From the human T2T-CHM13v2.0 reference genome, Homo sapiens, in the NCBI RefSeq assembly GCF_009914755.1, contig NC_060937.1: a stretch of 64,000 bases of DNA. The stretch is one strand, 5' to 3'. Below are positions 36,815 to 51,004 of this stretch, in pieces. A program made the translations under genes and the position numbers. Within the stretch, counting starts at the first letter, position 1. The number at the start of each line of letters is the position of its first letter. The notes beneath the pieces are model-generated. The model saw only the letters and a list, made by a program, of their open reading frames with translations, was not told the origin of the DNA and searched no databases.

Positions 36815-36867
36815 TGATCTCTTAATTTCTGTCATACTGAAAAGGAATTTTATTTTTCCAGTAGGAT

Positions 36868-37218
36868 GGGTTAAATATCCCTTGTCCAAAATGCTTGGGA
36901 CCAAAAGTAGATTTTTTCTCAGATTTTGGAATATTTGTATATAGCTAATGAAATAGCTTGGGGATGGTACCTGAGTCTAAACATGAAATTCATTTATGTT
37001 TCATATATACCTTATGCACATAGCCTGAAGGTAATTCTCTACAATGTTTTACAGTAATTTTTTGCAGGTAACAAAGTTTTTACTGTTTTCACCAGAGCCT
37101 GTCACATGAGGTCAGGTGTGGAACATTGCAGTTGTGGTGTCATGTCCGTGCTCAAAAAGCTTCAGATTGTAGAGCATTTTGGATTTCAGATTTTTAGATT
37201 AGGGATGATCGATCTACA
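36868..37218. mobile_element. Tigger4/MER46-like DNA transposon remnant
   Basis: tatcccttgtccaaaatgcttgggacc...ggatttcagatttttagattagggatg termini. Confidence 0.7.
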
Positions 37219-37307
37219 GTACAGATGCTCCTTGACTTACAGTGGGTTTACATGATAATGTTTCTTGTTTGACTGAAACATTATAAGTAATATTTGATTT
37301 ATTTCAG

Positions 37308-37390
37308 ATGCTGCAGGTGTTCAAGAGCTAGATGAAGGTATGCTGCCAAAATTTATGAATTAAATTCAAATCGTTGATTTCTGAAATAAA
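37308..37390 (+). pseudogene. ANKRD36-like last coding exon (MLQVFKS*, TAG 37329-37331) with candidate AATAAA at 37385-37390
   Basis: atttcag|ATG CTG CAG GTG TTC AAG AGC TAG; use of this polyA signal is unproven. Confidence 0.8.
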
Positions 37391-39305
37391 CTCTAAGTAA
37401 TGAACGGTATTCCTCTCAATTGCTTGGTTAATACATGCTACATTAAATATTTTTTCTTATACACATCTAGTGAAAGATGTGAAAACATAAACATTCATAG
37501 TGAAGGGTATACTTATGCTTTGTTACTTCGTCATGTTCCATGGCTTTAAAAAAATCACAAGAAGTCTGTGTATCTCTCTTTTTCTGGCCCTACACTTTTC
37601 TTCTGCCACCCCAATAGAACTGTCAGCCTGCACACTGAAACTGTTCTCAGAAAACAAAGGCATCATCAACTTCTCAAGGTTAAGGTAGTGATTTAAGGCT
37701 AACAGACCCCACACTCATGTGATAATAATTGGTTAAGCAATTACAGGTCACAAGCAGTCACTTGACCAGTGACATTTTAAATCTCTAGTCATTGACTTTG
37801 TCATTGGTTTACTTTTGCACCTGGGAAAAGTTGAAAATTCCTTAGCATGGAATCAAAACTCTCACATCAGTGTGGTTCTTGTCAGGTTATTCAGCCTTAT
37901 CTTTCGCCACTTACCATACTCTGCAACTTTGTTCTAGCATCCAGACAAACTAGACTACACGGAGCTCCACAGTGATCATCCTCACCTCCAGCTCTTTGCA
38001 TTTACTTCTTCCCTCTATCCTACATGTGTTTTCCTTCCCCTTCAGATATCAACCTATGAATTGCCTCTACCAAAAAGCCTACAATATTGACACAAACCTG
38101 GGCTAGTATCCCTTCTATGTCTTCCAGTAAGTGGCGTCTTATGCCTGTCATTGTACGTATGACTCTGCATGGGAATTGCCTGTTTGTTTTTTCAGATTAT
38201 AACATACAGTTGTTGAGGGGTGGACCGTATCATCTTTATCTTGTTATTCCAGTGCTTGTCCTAGTACCTTAGCACATGGTTGCTGAATACATGAATGAAG
38301 AGTGAGAAACCAGAAGCTCTGATACTTAACTGCCATGATAATGAATTCAGTGTGCAACTATGGGCAAATTATATTTAATAGTAATTGCATATTGTACATA
38401 TTTTTCATTCTAATTAACACTGATAAACTTTTCAACTTATACTGACTTTCTCTTAGTTAACTGTGAAATCATTTAGATAAAGAATATAATCCTTTTTCAC
38501 TCTAACTTCTGAATTATAATCTGAATCCTCTATAGCAGGGGTCCCCAACCCACAGGCCACGGCACAGTCAGGTCCATGGAGTATACAGTTTAAGACCTCT
38601 GCTGAACAGCTATACCTCCATGCTTGCTTCCAGTGGCCATGACACTTTATTTAAATATGTAAGTTTTATTAAGACTGAGCTCTTAAAAAGAAAAAACCAA
38701 GAACCTTAGATACAACTAGTGAAGTATTGAGACCTGTCCATATTTAAAACCAAGCACACGATACCACTTAAAGGGTTCCCCAGAAAGCCTCTATCCTGAA
38801 ATGCTTGAAAGTGAGCAGTGCTGACTCTCGATTATTACCAATTGCATTAAATATGACACTTGTTTTGTTTCTTTTGGCTATAAGGAGAAAATGTCATTTT
38901 GTATATGAGTGAGCACAGAGGAGAGAGACTGGGGGAAAGAACAGAATGAGCTAATAATTTTTTACTAAATACTCCAGTTCTCAGCTTTTTAAATCAACAG
39001 ACAAAATGAATCAGCTAAACCTAAAATCTTTGTGAATAGTATAAATTGTCTTTTAAATTAAATGCATATATTTTTATGTTTTACTTTTTCAAGACAAAAG
39101 CAGGATATTAGTACAATATAAGATTTATAGAGGAGCAAATTTCTTGAGATAGGAAACCCTTAAAAGCAGTATTTAAAGTGCTTAAATACTGTCACATATG
39201 TTTAATAATCATAATACTTAATTGTGAGAACTGGGAGCTCATGTTACTACTAAAACCAAATAAAAATTCAATACATATTTGTTAACTCAATTTAAGGATG
39301 TTTAC

Positions 39306-39410
39306 CTTAATACTGACAAAGTACGGATGGTAACACTGACCACACTGAGAACAGGCAAGTAATCTTCCTTCTGCTCCTTGGCCAAAACTGCCACAAACTA
39401 CACACATATC
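39306..39410 (-). pseudogene. KMT2C exon 18 copy (105 nt; PHD-finger N-half DMCVVCGSFGQGAEGRLLACSQCGQCYHPYFVSIK)
   Basis: cttcag|GAT..AAG|gtaaa on minus strand; HPYC changed to HPYF. Confidence 0.93.
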
Positions 39411-39602
39411 CTGAAGTTAAGAAAGCAGAACATATTTTAAATGGAGACTAAGCTAAAAACCTACAAATTTTACTTTAAAAATACCTTCTTAACTAATATA
39501 GCTCTATAGCTAAATATTGGATCACTTCTGTGTAGATGAGATAAAGCAGAAATGTGCAAGGAGGAATTCAATGAGGAAGACAGTAAATTGTCAAGTTCAA
39601 AC

Positions 39603-39705
39603 CTGATTCAAAGTGAACTTGTCACTGCTAGAAAACAACACAACCGTAGTGTGCATAAGAGTTTTCTTCATCATCCTTATTTGATGAAATATCTGCAGTA
39701 GACAC
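39603..39705 (-). pseudogene. KMT2C exon 17 copy (VSTADISSNKDDEENS/MHTTVVLFSSSDKFTLNQ) with +1 frameshift
   Basis: tatag|GTG..CAG|gtttg; 103 nt, extra base at 39657-39658. Confidence 0.92.
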
Positions 39706-40211
39706 CTATAAAAAGCAAAATACACAAAATACGAAGTTATATTTTTCACTTGTTTTACACTTAACTGGAAAGCTTCAGAAAATTCATAATCAAAACATAT
39801 ATTTTTGCTAAGGTCTAGAATAACGATTCCAAATATTAATGCTAAGATACTACAGTAAAATGGAGTCATGACATTTTATTATTCAACTCATTCTCTCTTT
39901 AGAGGTAGAATTCCTTTAGACCAAGAAGTAATGAGAAAATATAATAAACCTGTCTTAGTAAGACTTGATTATGCAGAATTCTAATCAAGAAACTATAAAT
40001 GATAATATTATAGGTATGTACACACACAAATCTATCACTATTTTAATGACACACACTTGGGATCTGCAATGTAGTTAGTCTGAACTGAGATGTCCTGCAA
40101 ACATAAAATACAGCACATAATTACATATTACATGTTGAAATGGTAATATTTCAGATATATCGGTCGAAATGGAAGGCATTAAAATTAATTTCGTCTGTTC
40201 ACTATAACCTT

Positions 40212-40463
40212 TATTTTGTTTCGAGAGGAGTTTCACTCTTGTTGACCAGGCTGGAGTGTAATAGCGTGATCTCGGCTCATTGCAAACTCTGCCTCCTGGT
40301 TCAAGCTGTTCTCCCTGCCTCAGCCTCCCAAGTAGCTGGGATTACAGTTGTCCACCACCATGCCCAGCTGATTTCTGTATTTTTAGTAGAGACGGGGTTT
40401 CACCATATTGGTCAGGCTGGTCTCTTAACTCCTGACCTCAAATGATCCACTGCACCCAGCTCA
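40212..40463 (-). mobile_element. Alu, antisense, with internal deletion in the left arm
   Basis: tgatccac joins directly to tgcacccagc (ccac microhomology). Confidence 0.85.
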
Positions 40464-40887
40464 TTGTAACTTATTAATGTGGCTACTAGGAAGTTTTAAA
40501 TTGCATATGTGGTTCTCATTATATTTCTGTTAGCACCGCTTTAGAATATTATTTTGAATAACATCCAAATTTCAGTATTAGCCAAATGATTATCAACCAA
40601 TATTGTTCAGTCTGGACTTAGTTCTATTTGACTAAATCAACTAAGTACCCACTGGTTTGTTAATAATTTCTAGAGTGATTATGAAACAAAATAAAGCTCT
40701 GAACTAGAAGTTGTAGAAGAAGACAAGGAGGGCACTGCCAAAATCATAAAATACAGTCCTCTTTCTTTAAAAAGCTTACAACCGAAGCCTGGAAAGACAG
40801 AGTTGAAACACAACAGGTTATGTTCAAGGTCAAAACATAACACAACTGAATTACTTTTCTTGAGGAACAATGGAAAGAAGATTAACC

Positions 40888-41213
<326 letters not shown>

Positions 41214-41432
41214 TCAAAATCAGAAACAAATCAAACTCGATGTCATCCTTTTTCTCTCCACTGAGAAATGACCACTGGTTATCAAAAAGCACTCCAATAT
41301 TTAAAGTGATCTGACTCCCAGTCAAAGCGTGGCTGAATTCTTAGAAACATACAGCAGGTGTTAAGTATTTCTCTTGGACTGATTTATGAGAGAGGAAAGC
41401 CCTGAACATATAGAAAATACATTTAAAAGCAG

Positions 41433-41757
41433 ATTTTTTGTTTTTTTTTGGTTTGTTTGTTTGTTTTTGAGACAGAGTCTCGCTATGTTGCCCAGGCTGG
41501 AGTGCAGTGGCGCAATCTTGGCTCACTGCAAGCTCTGTCTCCGAGGTTCATGGCATTCTCCTGCCTCAGCCTCCTGAGTAGCTGGGACTACAGGCACCTG
41601 CCACCATGCCAAGCTAATTTTTTGTATTTTTAGTAGAGACGGGGTTTCACCATGTTAGCCAGGATGCCAGGATGGTCTCGATCTCCTGACCTCATGATCC
41701 GCCCACCTCGGCCTCCCAAAGTGCTGGGATTACAGGCATGAGCCACCATGCCCAGCC
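41433..41757 (-). mobile_element. AluY-like, antisense, TSD taaaagcag
   Basis: Full dimer; internal gccaggat duplication near 41658-41673. Confidence 0.9.
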
Positions 41758-42070
41758 TAAAAGCAGTTTTAATGGATAGTACTAATGCTTTATAAGAGCA
41801 ATTTATAGTCATATGAACCCTAATGACTACAAGTGTTAATAATGCCAATATTCATCATTAGGGAGTAAGTTAAAGCCATGACAAATCCAAACATTAGAAA
41901 AGTATGCAACATTTTAAAAGTAGGGAGGTAGAAACTTGTATAGACTTCCATGAAAGAAATTATCAAAAGACACTGTTGAGTGAAAAAATAAATTGCAGAA
42001 CAGTATTTGAGGTATAGCACTATAATATAAAAACATGCAAAGCCATTACATGTAGTCTATGGGCACATAT

Positions 42071-42149
42071 AATAGGCTGACTCATAAGAAATTGCTGCTT
42101 TTCATCAGTTCAGAAATAATATTGGCAATTTCATATGGATCAACCTAAT
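42071..42149. mobile_element. MADE2-like mariner MITE (~80 nt, palindromic)
   Basis: aataggctgactcataagaaattgc ... gcaatttcatatggatcaacctaat inverted termini. Confidence 0.7.
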
Positions 42150-43426
42150 ATATAAATATACCAAACTGGTAACAGGGAAATAAGGAGGACTGAGGAGTTA
42201 GTAATGGTAAATTCTGATATACCTATAACGCTTTAATTTTTTAATAGAGAAAATGTATTGATGTGTTATATGCATAGCATTAACAAAATTAGCTTTCTAA
42301 GATTTTAGAGAATCATCCAAGATGATTCACAGAAGTAGAATCATCATCATCAGTAAGAAATTAAGTGACTACTAAAAGTAATCATTAATTCAGTCATAGG
42401 ACTAATGATGCATTGACAAGGCTATTGAGATATATAATTATGGAAATGGCTAAAATAGAGATAAAGTATCTATTTCTACCTCCCAACCACTAACAGAAAA
42501 TTCAACACATTATACACACTGAGCAGCTCAAAGAAATTGTAAAGATCCATTATTATTTTTAAAAGGAAATTTAAACAGTGAATGCTTTCACTGAAAATGA
42601 TAAACAATATATTCCCAGTATAAACTGGAAATAAAGTCTGCAGTAGAAAACTACAATGTCCCTAGATTCAAGTGGGGGTGGGGAGTCATATTTGAATAAT
42701 AAGTGCAGAAAAACCAAAATATTTTAAAATAATTGTCCATGGAAGAAAGAAAACAGTATCATCTAGCTTGAAGACCCACTGTTTTTATTTTATAATTTAT
42801 TTCAGACCTTTAGACTGCTAGAAAAATAAAACCTAACTTGAGGGCAAAGGTAATCTTTGAGAAAATATGTGCTATTTTTGCCTGCATAGATAATAGTGTG
42901 ATTTATCCAGAAGGTGATAGAAATATCATTTTCCTAGACCACAGATATAAGCCAAGGAGAACAGAAAGCTCTGACCTAAACTTCACAAGTGTCCCTTCCA
43001 AGCATGGACATGTAAGAGTAAACAAAAAAAGAAGATCAAATTAAACTCAAAGAGAGAAAATAGGAAAAAATAAAGATGAGAATATAAATCAATAAAACAG
43101 AAAGGGGAAAGAAAATAGAGAAAAGTCCATGAAAACAAAGGCTGACTCAAGAAGATCAATAAGATTGATAAATCTCTAGCCAGACTGATCAGGAAAAAAA
43201 TAAGATACACATTATTAGTATCAAGAATGAGGAAGGTGAAATCACTACAGATTCTACAGGTATTAAAATAATAAGAAACATTATGATCAACTCCATTCCT
43301 TTAATTTGTCAAGATAGACAAAATGAACAAATTTCTTGAAAGATGCAAATTTATGCAAGGAGAGACAGATAACCTAAATAGGTACCTATTAAAGAAATAA
43401 AATTTGTTGTTAAAAACTGTCCCACA

Positions 43427-43995
43427 GGCTGGGCACTGGTGGCTCATCCAGTAATCCCAGCACTTTGGGAGACGGATCACCTGAGGTCAGGAGTTCGAGA
43501 CCAGCCTGGCTAACATGGTGAAACCCCATCTCTACCCAAAACACAAAAATTAGCTAGGCATGTTGGTGCATGCCAGTAATCCCAGCTACTCAGAAGGCCT
43601 GAGGCAGGAGAATTGCTTGAACCTGGGAGGTGGAGGCTGTAGTGAGCAGAGATCACGCCACTACACTCCAGACTGGGCATGGTGGCTCACGCCTGTAATC
43701 CCAACACTTTAGGAGGCCAAGGCAGGTGGATCACCTGAGGTCAGGAGTTCGAGACCAGCCTGGCCAACATGGTGAAAAACTGTCTCTACTAAAAAGACAA
43801 AAAAAGAAATTAGCCAGGCATGGTGGCAGGCACCTGTAATCCCAGCTACCCAGGGGGCTGAGGCAGGGGAATCACTTGAGCCTGGGAGGCAGTGGTTGCA
43901 TGAGCTGAGATTGTGCCATTGCACTCCAGCCTAGGCAACAAGAGCAAAACTACATCTCAAAAGAAAGAAAAAAAAAAAGAAAACACAACAAAAAC
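43427..43995 (+). mobile_element. Two fused sense Alus (43427-43670 lacking its tail; 43671-43995 complete)
   Basis: cactcca|gactgggcatggtggctcacgcc junction. Confidence 0.88.
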
Positions 43996-44172
43996 CCCCC
44001 ACAAAGAAAATTTCAGGCCAAGATGGTTTCACTAATAATTTCATGTATAATATAAGAAGATACATTTCCACTACTACACAACTTTTCCAGAAAACTGAAG
44101 AGGAGAATATACTTTCTGATTCATTCTATGAAGCTGGAGTTATGCTGATACCAAAACCAGATGAAGACATTA

Positions 44173-44464
<292 letters not shown>

Positions 44465-45376
44465 AGTGCACAGGTCTACAACCGTGGTGCATCCAGTTTT
44501 ATTAATAGCAAGAACAGGGAGTACACTTTTAAATACAACAGCATAGATGAATCTCCAAATAATTTTGCTGAAATAAATCAGTCCAAAAAGCATACAGTTC
44601 TGTATGATTCCACTTATATACAACTCTAGAAGATGCAAACTAATCTTGGGGACAAGGACGGATGGCAGGAGGAATGCAGAAAATTACAGAGGGACATGAA
44701 GAAACATTGGGAGATGAATATATTCACTATCATGATTGTAGCATCGTTTTCAAGGGTGTATATGTATATATCAAAGCTTATGGAATTGTACATGTCAAAT
44801 ATAGCTTATATCAACTATACCTCAATAAGCCTGGTTTTAAAATTTTTCTTTTTGAAAAAAGGACGAGAATCTAAGCTTCCTTATTCCTGGTTTAGTAGTA
44901 AACTTGAACAATTTCACCTGTCTCCTATACTTAAAATGACATTTCAGAATTTTAAAAACAGGATTTTAATAAAATAGCGAAGTTATTACATAAAATATTT
45001 GCTAGTAGTTAGCAACTGTATTTGTAATACACATATAAATAAAGCCTCATAACATGATAGTAAGCAAATATCAATCTTAAAATTTTTTAAATAAAGGAGC
45101 AACTATATTACGTACTGACTTTTTAGAAAGGGTTGGCATAGAAAGATAAGGAGTCAAAGAGGAAGGTAAGAAAAGAGGAAGGTAAGAAAAGAGAAAGGAT
45201 GAGAAAGTAAATATACAAGAAAATGTAACCAGTGGCTCAAAAAAAAAAGCGAAGTAGGACAGTAAAATAAACATTTTGACCTATTTATGACTCTTAAGTT
45301 CAAAATAACTTGCTATGAGATTTTCATCATTAACTGACATTTAGATTAGATAAAATATACATGAAGCAAGCCTCAC

Positions 45377-45493
45377 CCCAGGCAATACAACAGCTCCGAT
45401 TCCACTTTTCAGCTTTGACTTGCCTCGGCCACCTCGCCCTGACAGTCCTGCACCTCGAGGTCTCCGCTTTCCTGGAAATCCAGACCCACGGCC
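45377..45493 (-). pseudogene. KMT2C exon 16 copy (117 nt; GRGSGFPGKRRPRGAGLSGRGGRGKSKLKSGIGAVVLPG)
   Basis: acatag|GGC..GGG|gtgag; open. Confidence 0.93.
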
Positions 45494-46236
45494 CTATGTA
45501 ACAGATTAGGAAAAGTCAACATTCTGTGTCAGCCCAAAATAATTTTTAAATCCAAATGCCACTGAGATAAAACATTTTATTAAATGTTATACAAACACTT
45601 CTTTAGATAAGTATTAAGAAACCTGGCTTATTATTTTTATCTTTAAAAGTATACTGCACAACTTAAAAATCTAAATATAAAATGCTTACAAACTTAGAAT
45701 CATACCTTAGGCCTGTCACTGTGAACGCTATCAGCAAGCCTTTGCATGATTTTTCTCTTTCCCACTCCTACATTCTCAGTGACGACAACAACTATAGCCT
45801 GATCCAGATATTTTGAAGTGCAACAAATTGTATTCAATATAGAGTAAGGATAAGGAAGAACTCTCTCATTAACTGGTCTCGCGGTGATTACAGTAATAGC
45901 TAACATCTATTGAGTGCTTACTATGTACTAATCTAAGTATTTTTTACTCTCAACAATCCCATATAGTAGGTTTTATTATCCTTATTTGAGATGAGCGTGC
46001 TGAGGAATAAAATGGTTAAGTAACTTGTCCAAGGTCGCTTAGCTAGCAAGTCTGGCTCCAGCGTCCCTGGGTTGGAAGCATATTCTGTACTGCTACATCA
46101 GCATGGAATTTCGTTTTTGCTAGTGTGTAACAGTATTCTTCCTGTCATTAAAATTAAGTCAGTTTCCTTCACTATTCAACAGTTCTCTTATGAACTCAAC
46201 ATTTCTACCTCATTCACCATTGTATTTAGAGGAAAA

Positions 46237-46413
46237 TTTATTATTATTGTTATTACTTTTATTTTTGAGACAAGAACTTTATCCATCACTCAGGTTGGAC
46301 TGCAGTGGTGTGATCACAGCTCATTGCAGCCTAGAACTCTTGGGCTCAAGTGATCCTCCTGCTTCTGCCTCCCGAAGTGCCAGGATTACGGGAGTAAGCC
46401 AAAGCATCCAGCC
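46237..46413 (-). mobile_element. Partial AluJ-like, antisense
   Basis: gcagtggtgtgatcacagctcattgcagcc...tgggctcaagtgatcctcc. Confidence 0.75.
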
Positions 46414-46872
46414 AGGAAAAATTATTTGAGGATTACAGGAAAGCTGACAAAAGGCTTTGTGAAAGCTTTGCTTTAAATAATCTGAATAATAAATACTTGA
46501 AATGGAAATAATTTATCTGACTTCTTACACAAGAAATAAACCTATGGGAAAATGTGTTAAATTCCCTGATAATTTCAGACATTAAGTACCAGAGTATCGT
46601 GTTCCCTGCCCCCTCACCCTTGTTTGTACTAATTAATTACTCCTTGAAGAAACCTGGCACCTACCTAAGTAGATGAATTATGTATATTTAAAATTATCCA
46701 GATGCTCAGGAAAATACTTAGACGTTTCCCTCACGATAAGTTAAATAATATGTCATATCTTCAACTGATGTCCCTTATCATAGTTTGAAATGAACTTATT
46801 CCCTATTTAGCAGAATGGTTTCCAAGTCAAAAATTTATGGTGATACTGTAAGCATAAAATAGAAACACATGA

Positions 46873-47351
<479 letters not shown>

Positions 47352-48254
47352 GAGTTTGTTTTGTTATTAAATTGGTATAAAAGAGTTTTGAAAAATTAAA
47401 TCAGTGATTAAAAATCAAGACTAGAGTAATCTCTCAATTTATTTTCTTGAACATGAAATGCTGACCCAGAAAAAAAGTAAGTAAAAATTGGTGGTCTATA
47501 TTATCAAACTGTCAAATGAGGTATATTTATACCTCAATATCTTGGATGATATCAGGGGGAGGTAGGGAGGTTAAAAAAAATAGTTCTTCCAGTCATGAAA
47601 GAAAATAATCTAGAATTCCTTAAAATCCTTCATTAGTCTAAATTAAACAGCCATATTCCAGAATATTAAATATAGAATATGAAGAAAAACTGTCATCTCC
47701 AGTCAATGAAGTATTTTAACTTTTGAGTTAATACTTTCTCAAATTAATTTTTTTCTCTTCAAAATGCATCACACTACTTAACTCACTTCAAGGACTGGCA
47801 GAGCCATCAAACAATGTCATGGGGGAAAAAGCCTTTTAAGTCATTTTAAGATATTAATACAGACAATGAAATCTCCCACAATTTTGGTATTTCTTCTCCA
47901 TGAGAACATAATAAATTAATGGAGTTTTTTCTTTTGCTTTTTTCTAAGCAACAAAGTTTTATGATATCATGAATGAAAAGGTCCTTAATTACCTTTTGGT
48001 CTACGTGTCAAGGACTTCTCCCTCATAAAACCAGTAGTAATCACAACAAAAGGAATTAACCATAAAAAGAGGTATTAAAAATGTATACTTGATTTTTAAA
48101 TGCAAGCATATTATTTCTTTACATTAAAATTTTTAGATTTAAAAAGTGTTTCTGGAAGCTCAATCTAGAAAAGAAAGATTTAATTCTTAACATCCAGTAG
48201 GGCAAAACAAATCAGACAGAAATGATATATGAATGTAAATGCAATTTTATTTAC

Positions 48255-48374
48255 CACTTTGATGCTCCAAATGGCACTGCCAGGAAGCTGCCTAGGTTTA
48301 AAAATTTCCCGACCTCCTGAAATGTCTGGGGACCAGGAAGGTGGGCTCACTGTATTATGGGTACTCCAAGCCTC
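48255..48374 (-). pseudogene. KMT2C exon 15 copy (120 nt; EAWSTHNTVSPPSWSPDISGGREIFKPRQLPGSAIWSIKV)
   Basis: cctag|GAG..GTG|gtaaa; open. Confidence 0.93.
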
Positions 48375-49749
48375 CTAGGATATGGCAGTTGAGAAAATAG
48401 ATGTGTAAAACTCAGCAACATAAAAGGTCAAAGCCAGCAACTAAGGAATTTTAGGACAGCAAAAACAAATGCAAACGTATGGAAATTTAGGACAAATTGC
48501 TTCAAGGAAGGCAAAATAAGCTAATCACTAACAGTGATTTAAACATTTAAGTATAACAAATGTTTGCTGCTACAGAGACATCACTACAATGAAACATTAA
48601 AAATTAAGGTTTATATGACATCAACATTGACTCATGAACTGCAATTACTGCACCAAAAAGTAAATAAAAGTCAATCACACTTTAAGAATTAACACTAGAA
48701 GAAAGTATTGGGGGGTTATTTTTCTTCTAACAACTATCACTCTACTTAAAAGGAGAAATGGATAACCATAAGGGATTCTATATTCTATAGCTATAAACAA
48801 CCAAAACCAGTAGGCCAAAGAAAGCAATGAGAAACATAAGCAATCGATAAATGCATAAACTTTAAACTGTAGAGAGCTGGTAACATTAAAATGCAAATAC
48901 CATTATAATCTTAGCATTTAATCACTCTTTCTTCAGTGACCACTAGTTGTCGGTTTGGTTTCGGTTTTTACTTAGGGAAATGAATACTTTATGGAAATTA
49001 CATCCAATGGACAAAAGTGAAGAAACGTCAAAGCAAATTGTCCTAAATTTGCAAATTAAAATGCCTAAAGTACCTGATAAATTATATAGAAAGTAGTATC
49101 TTATTAAAATCTATATAACTAAAACTAAAGCGTTTTACTTCCAAACACCCACATTCAGCAATACCCTGAACTAATCTGAAGATGCTAAACAGCATAAAGA
49201 AAAATGTTTACTCCACAAAGATAACATTTTAAAGAAAAACAAGACAAATGTCAAACAATAAAAGAATATATTTTGACTTAGGTAATTCAATGGCGCATGC
49301 ATAATTTTACCAATCAAGTAACCAAAACTTAAGACAAGGTACGTAGTACTTACCAGGTTTCTAGAATATCATCAAATTAACAAGTACTATCTCATTAATC
49401 ACATGAAAATACCACCAGGAATTAAAATAACCAGAAATAAGAATGTGACTGACTACTCTTGGGGTAAGAGATAGGTAATGGAATAACAGTATTTTGAGAA
49501 AAGCCACACAAGCAATAGACTGGTTTCATTTTTAAGTCACAAACTCAACCCGCACACATTGAAGTCCAGCAATCCAACTCATTCTCTCCAGCAAACACTG
49601 TTTTTTTCCTTCCAGGATTACCCTCAGGTGTTCTTTCTTACCCATCAAATCTCTAACCTAGCTCAGGTAATCACTATGCTGATTTCACTGAGCAGCAACC
49701 ACTGCAGGTCAATTACCTCACTTTCATAATTTCAAATCAACTTGAATCT

Positions 49750-50700
49750 GTACCTATGTCTTCTTCCCTACTATTAGTAGGGAACTGTTGTCAAAAGCCA
49801 TTTCTCTTTTCTCATTTTACTCATGCTCCTGACATCTGGCATACTGTTCTGCTGGATTTGGCAGCAGCCCACCTGTGGATATTTCACTGACTTCCTCGCT
49901 AATCTTTCTTCATCTCCTGTACGTGTTCTTCCTCTATTTGACTTCCAAAGCCCTGGAGTTTCCCAGGGCTTGAGCCTAGATCCTAAATGGTATTATCTAC
50001 AATGAGGGCATCTTGGAAGTTGATGCTTCCCACATTCTTATTTCTGGTTTTAATCAAAGATCTCCAAAGTAGCAGGATTTTCAACTTCCTTCTTAGCATT
50101 TCCATTTTCTCACACAAAACCCCTCTTAAGTTTGCCAAGTTTAAAATTTCTCCCTTAACCGGTTTCATCCCAGTCTTCCCCATCCTTATAAATGGCATCC
50201 AGTCCCTTGTCACTCTCCTCTGCTCCTTCAGTCCTCTCCCCCAACACTTCGTCAATGCAAATCATCAGCAAATTCAAGACTTTTTATCTTCAAGTTTTGT
50301 CTCCAATCCTTCTACTTCTTGTCACTTCCACCACTAGCAGCACACTCGTGGCCACCACCATCTCTCACCTAACCTGCTACAAGAGCCTACTGCTGGTTAT
50401 GCTTCTCCCACCCTGCATATACTCAAACCTTTCCCCACAGCAGCCAGAGGAACTTTTCAAAAGTACAAATGTGATCAAGCAAGTCACTATTCTATTTCAA
50501 ACCTTCAGTTGCTTCTCAGAGCACTTAAAATACAAACCTTTCCCAGTGCCTTTCTCCAACTCATCTTGTGGCACTTGTCTCCCTGCTGCTATGCTCCAGC
50601 TATTCTGGCTTCCTTGCTGTCCTTCAAATATGCCAAGCTCTGTATCAATCAGAGCCCAGCTGACTCAGAACACTTCACTATACCATTCTGGCCCTTCAAT
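49750..50700. mobile_element. Probable L2 remnant (boundaries approximate)
   Basis: C/T-rich with caccatctctcacc, acagcagccagagg and gtcactattc motifs typical of L2. Confidence 0.55.
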
Positions 50701-50713
50701 AAATGTCTGGCAT

Positions 50714-51004
50714 TTTCTTTCTTTCTTTTTTTTTTTGAGATGGAGTATCACTCTGTCACCCAGGCTAGAGTGTGGTGGTGTGATTTCGGCTCACTGCAAC
50801 CTCTACCTCCCAGGTTCAAGCAGTTCTCCTGCCTCAAGCCTCCTGAGTAGCTGGGATTACAGGCATGCACCACCAGGCCCGGCTAATTTTTGTATTTTAG
50901 GAGCAATAACATGTTGGTCAGGCTGGTCTCAAACACCTGACCTTGTGATCCACCAGGCTTGGCATCCCAAAGTGCTGGGATTACAGATGTGATCCACCAC
51001 GGCC
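50714..51004 (-). mobile_element. AluS-like, antisense, TSD atgtctggc(a/g)ttttct
   Basis: Full dimer with flanking direct repeat. Confidence 0.88.

Noticed and set aside
45158-45200. 16-bp tandem repeat gaggaaggtaagaaaa (and a similar ~20-nt direct repeat at 55964/56000)
   Set aside because: Small slippage duplications with no sign of function.
50192-50992. 266-aa plus-strand ORF
   Set aside because: Runs through a probable L2 remnant into an Alu; low-complexity, repeat-derived translation.
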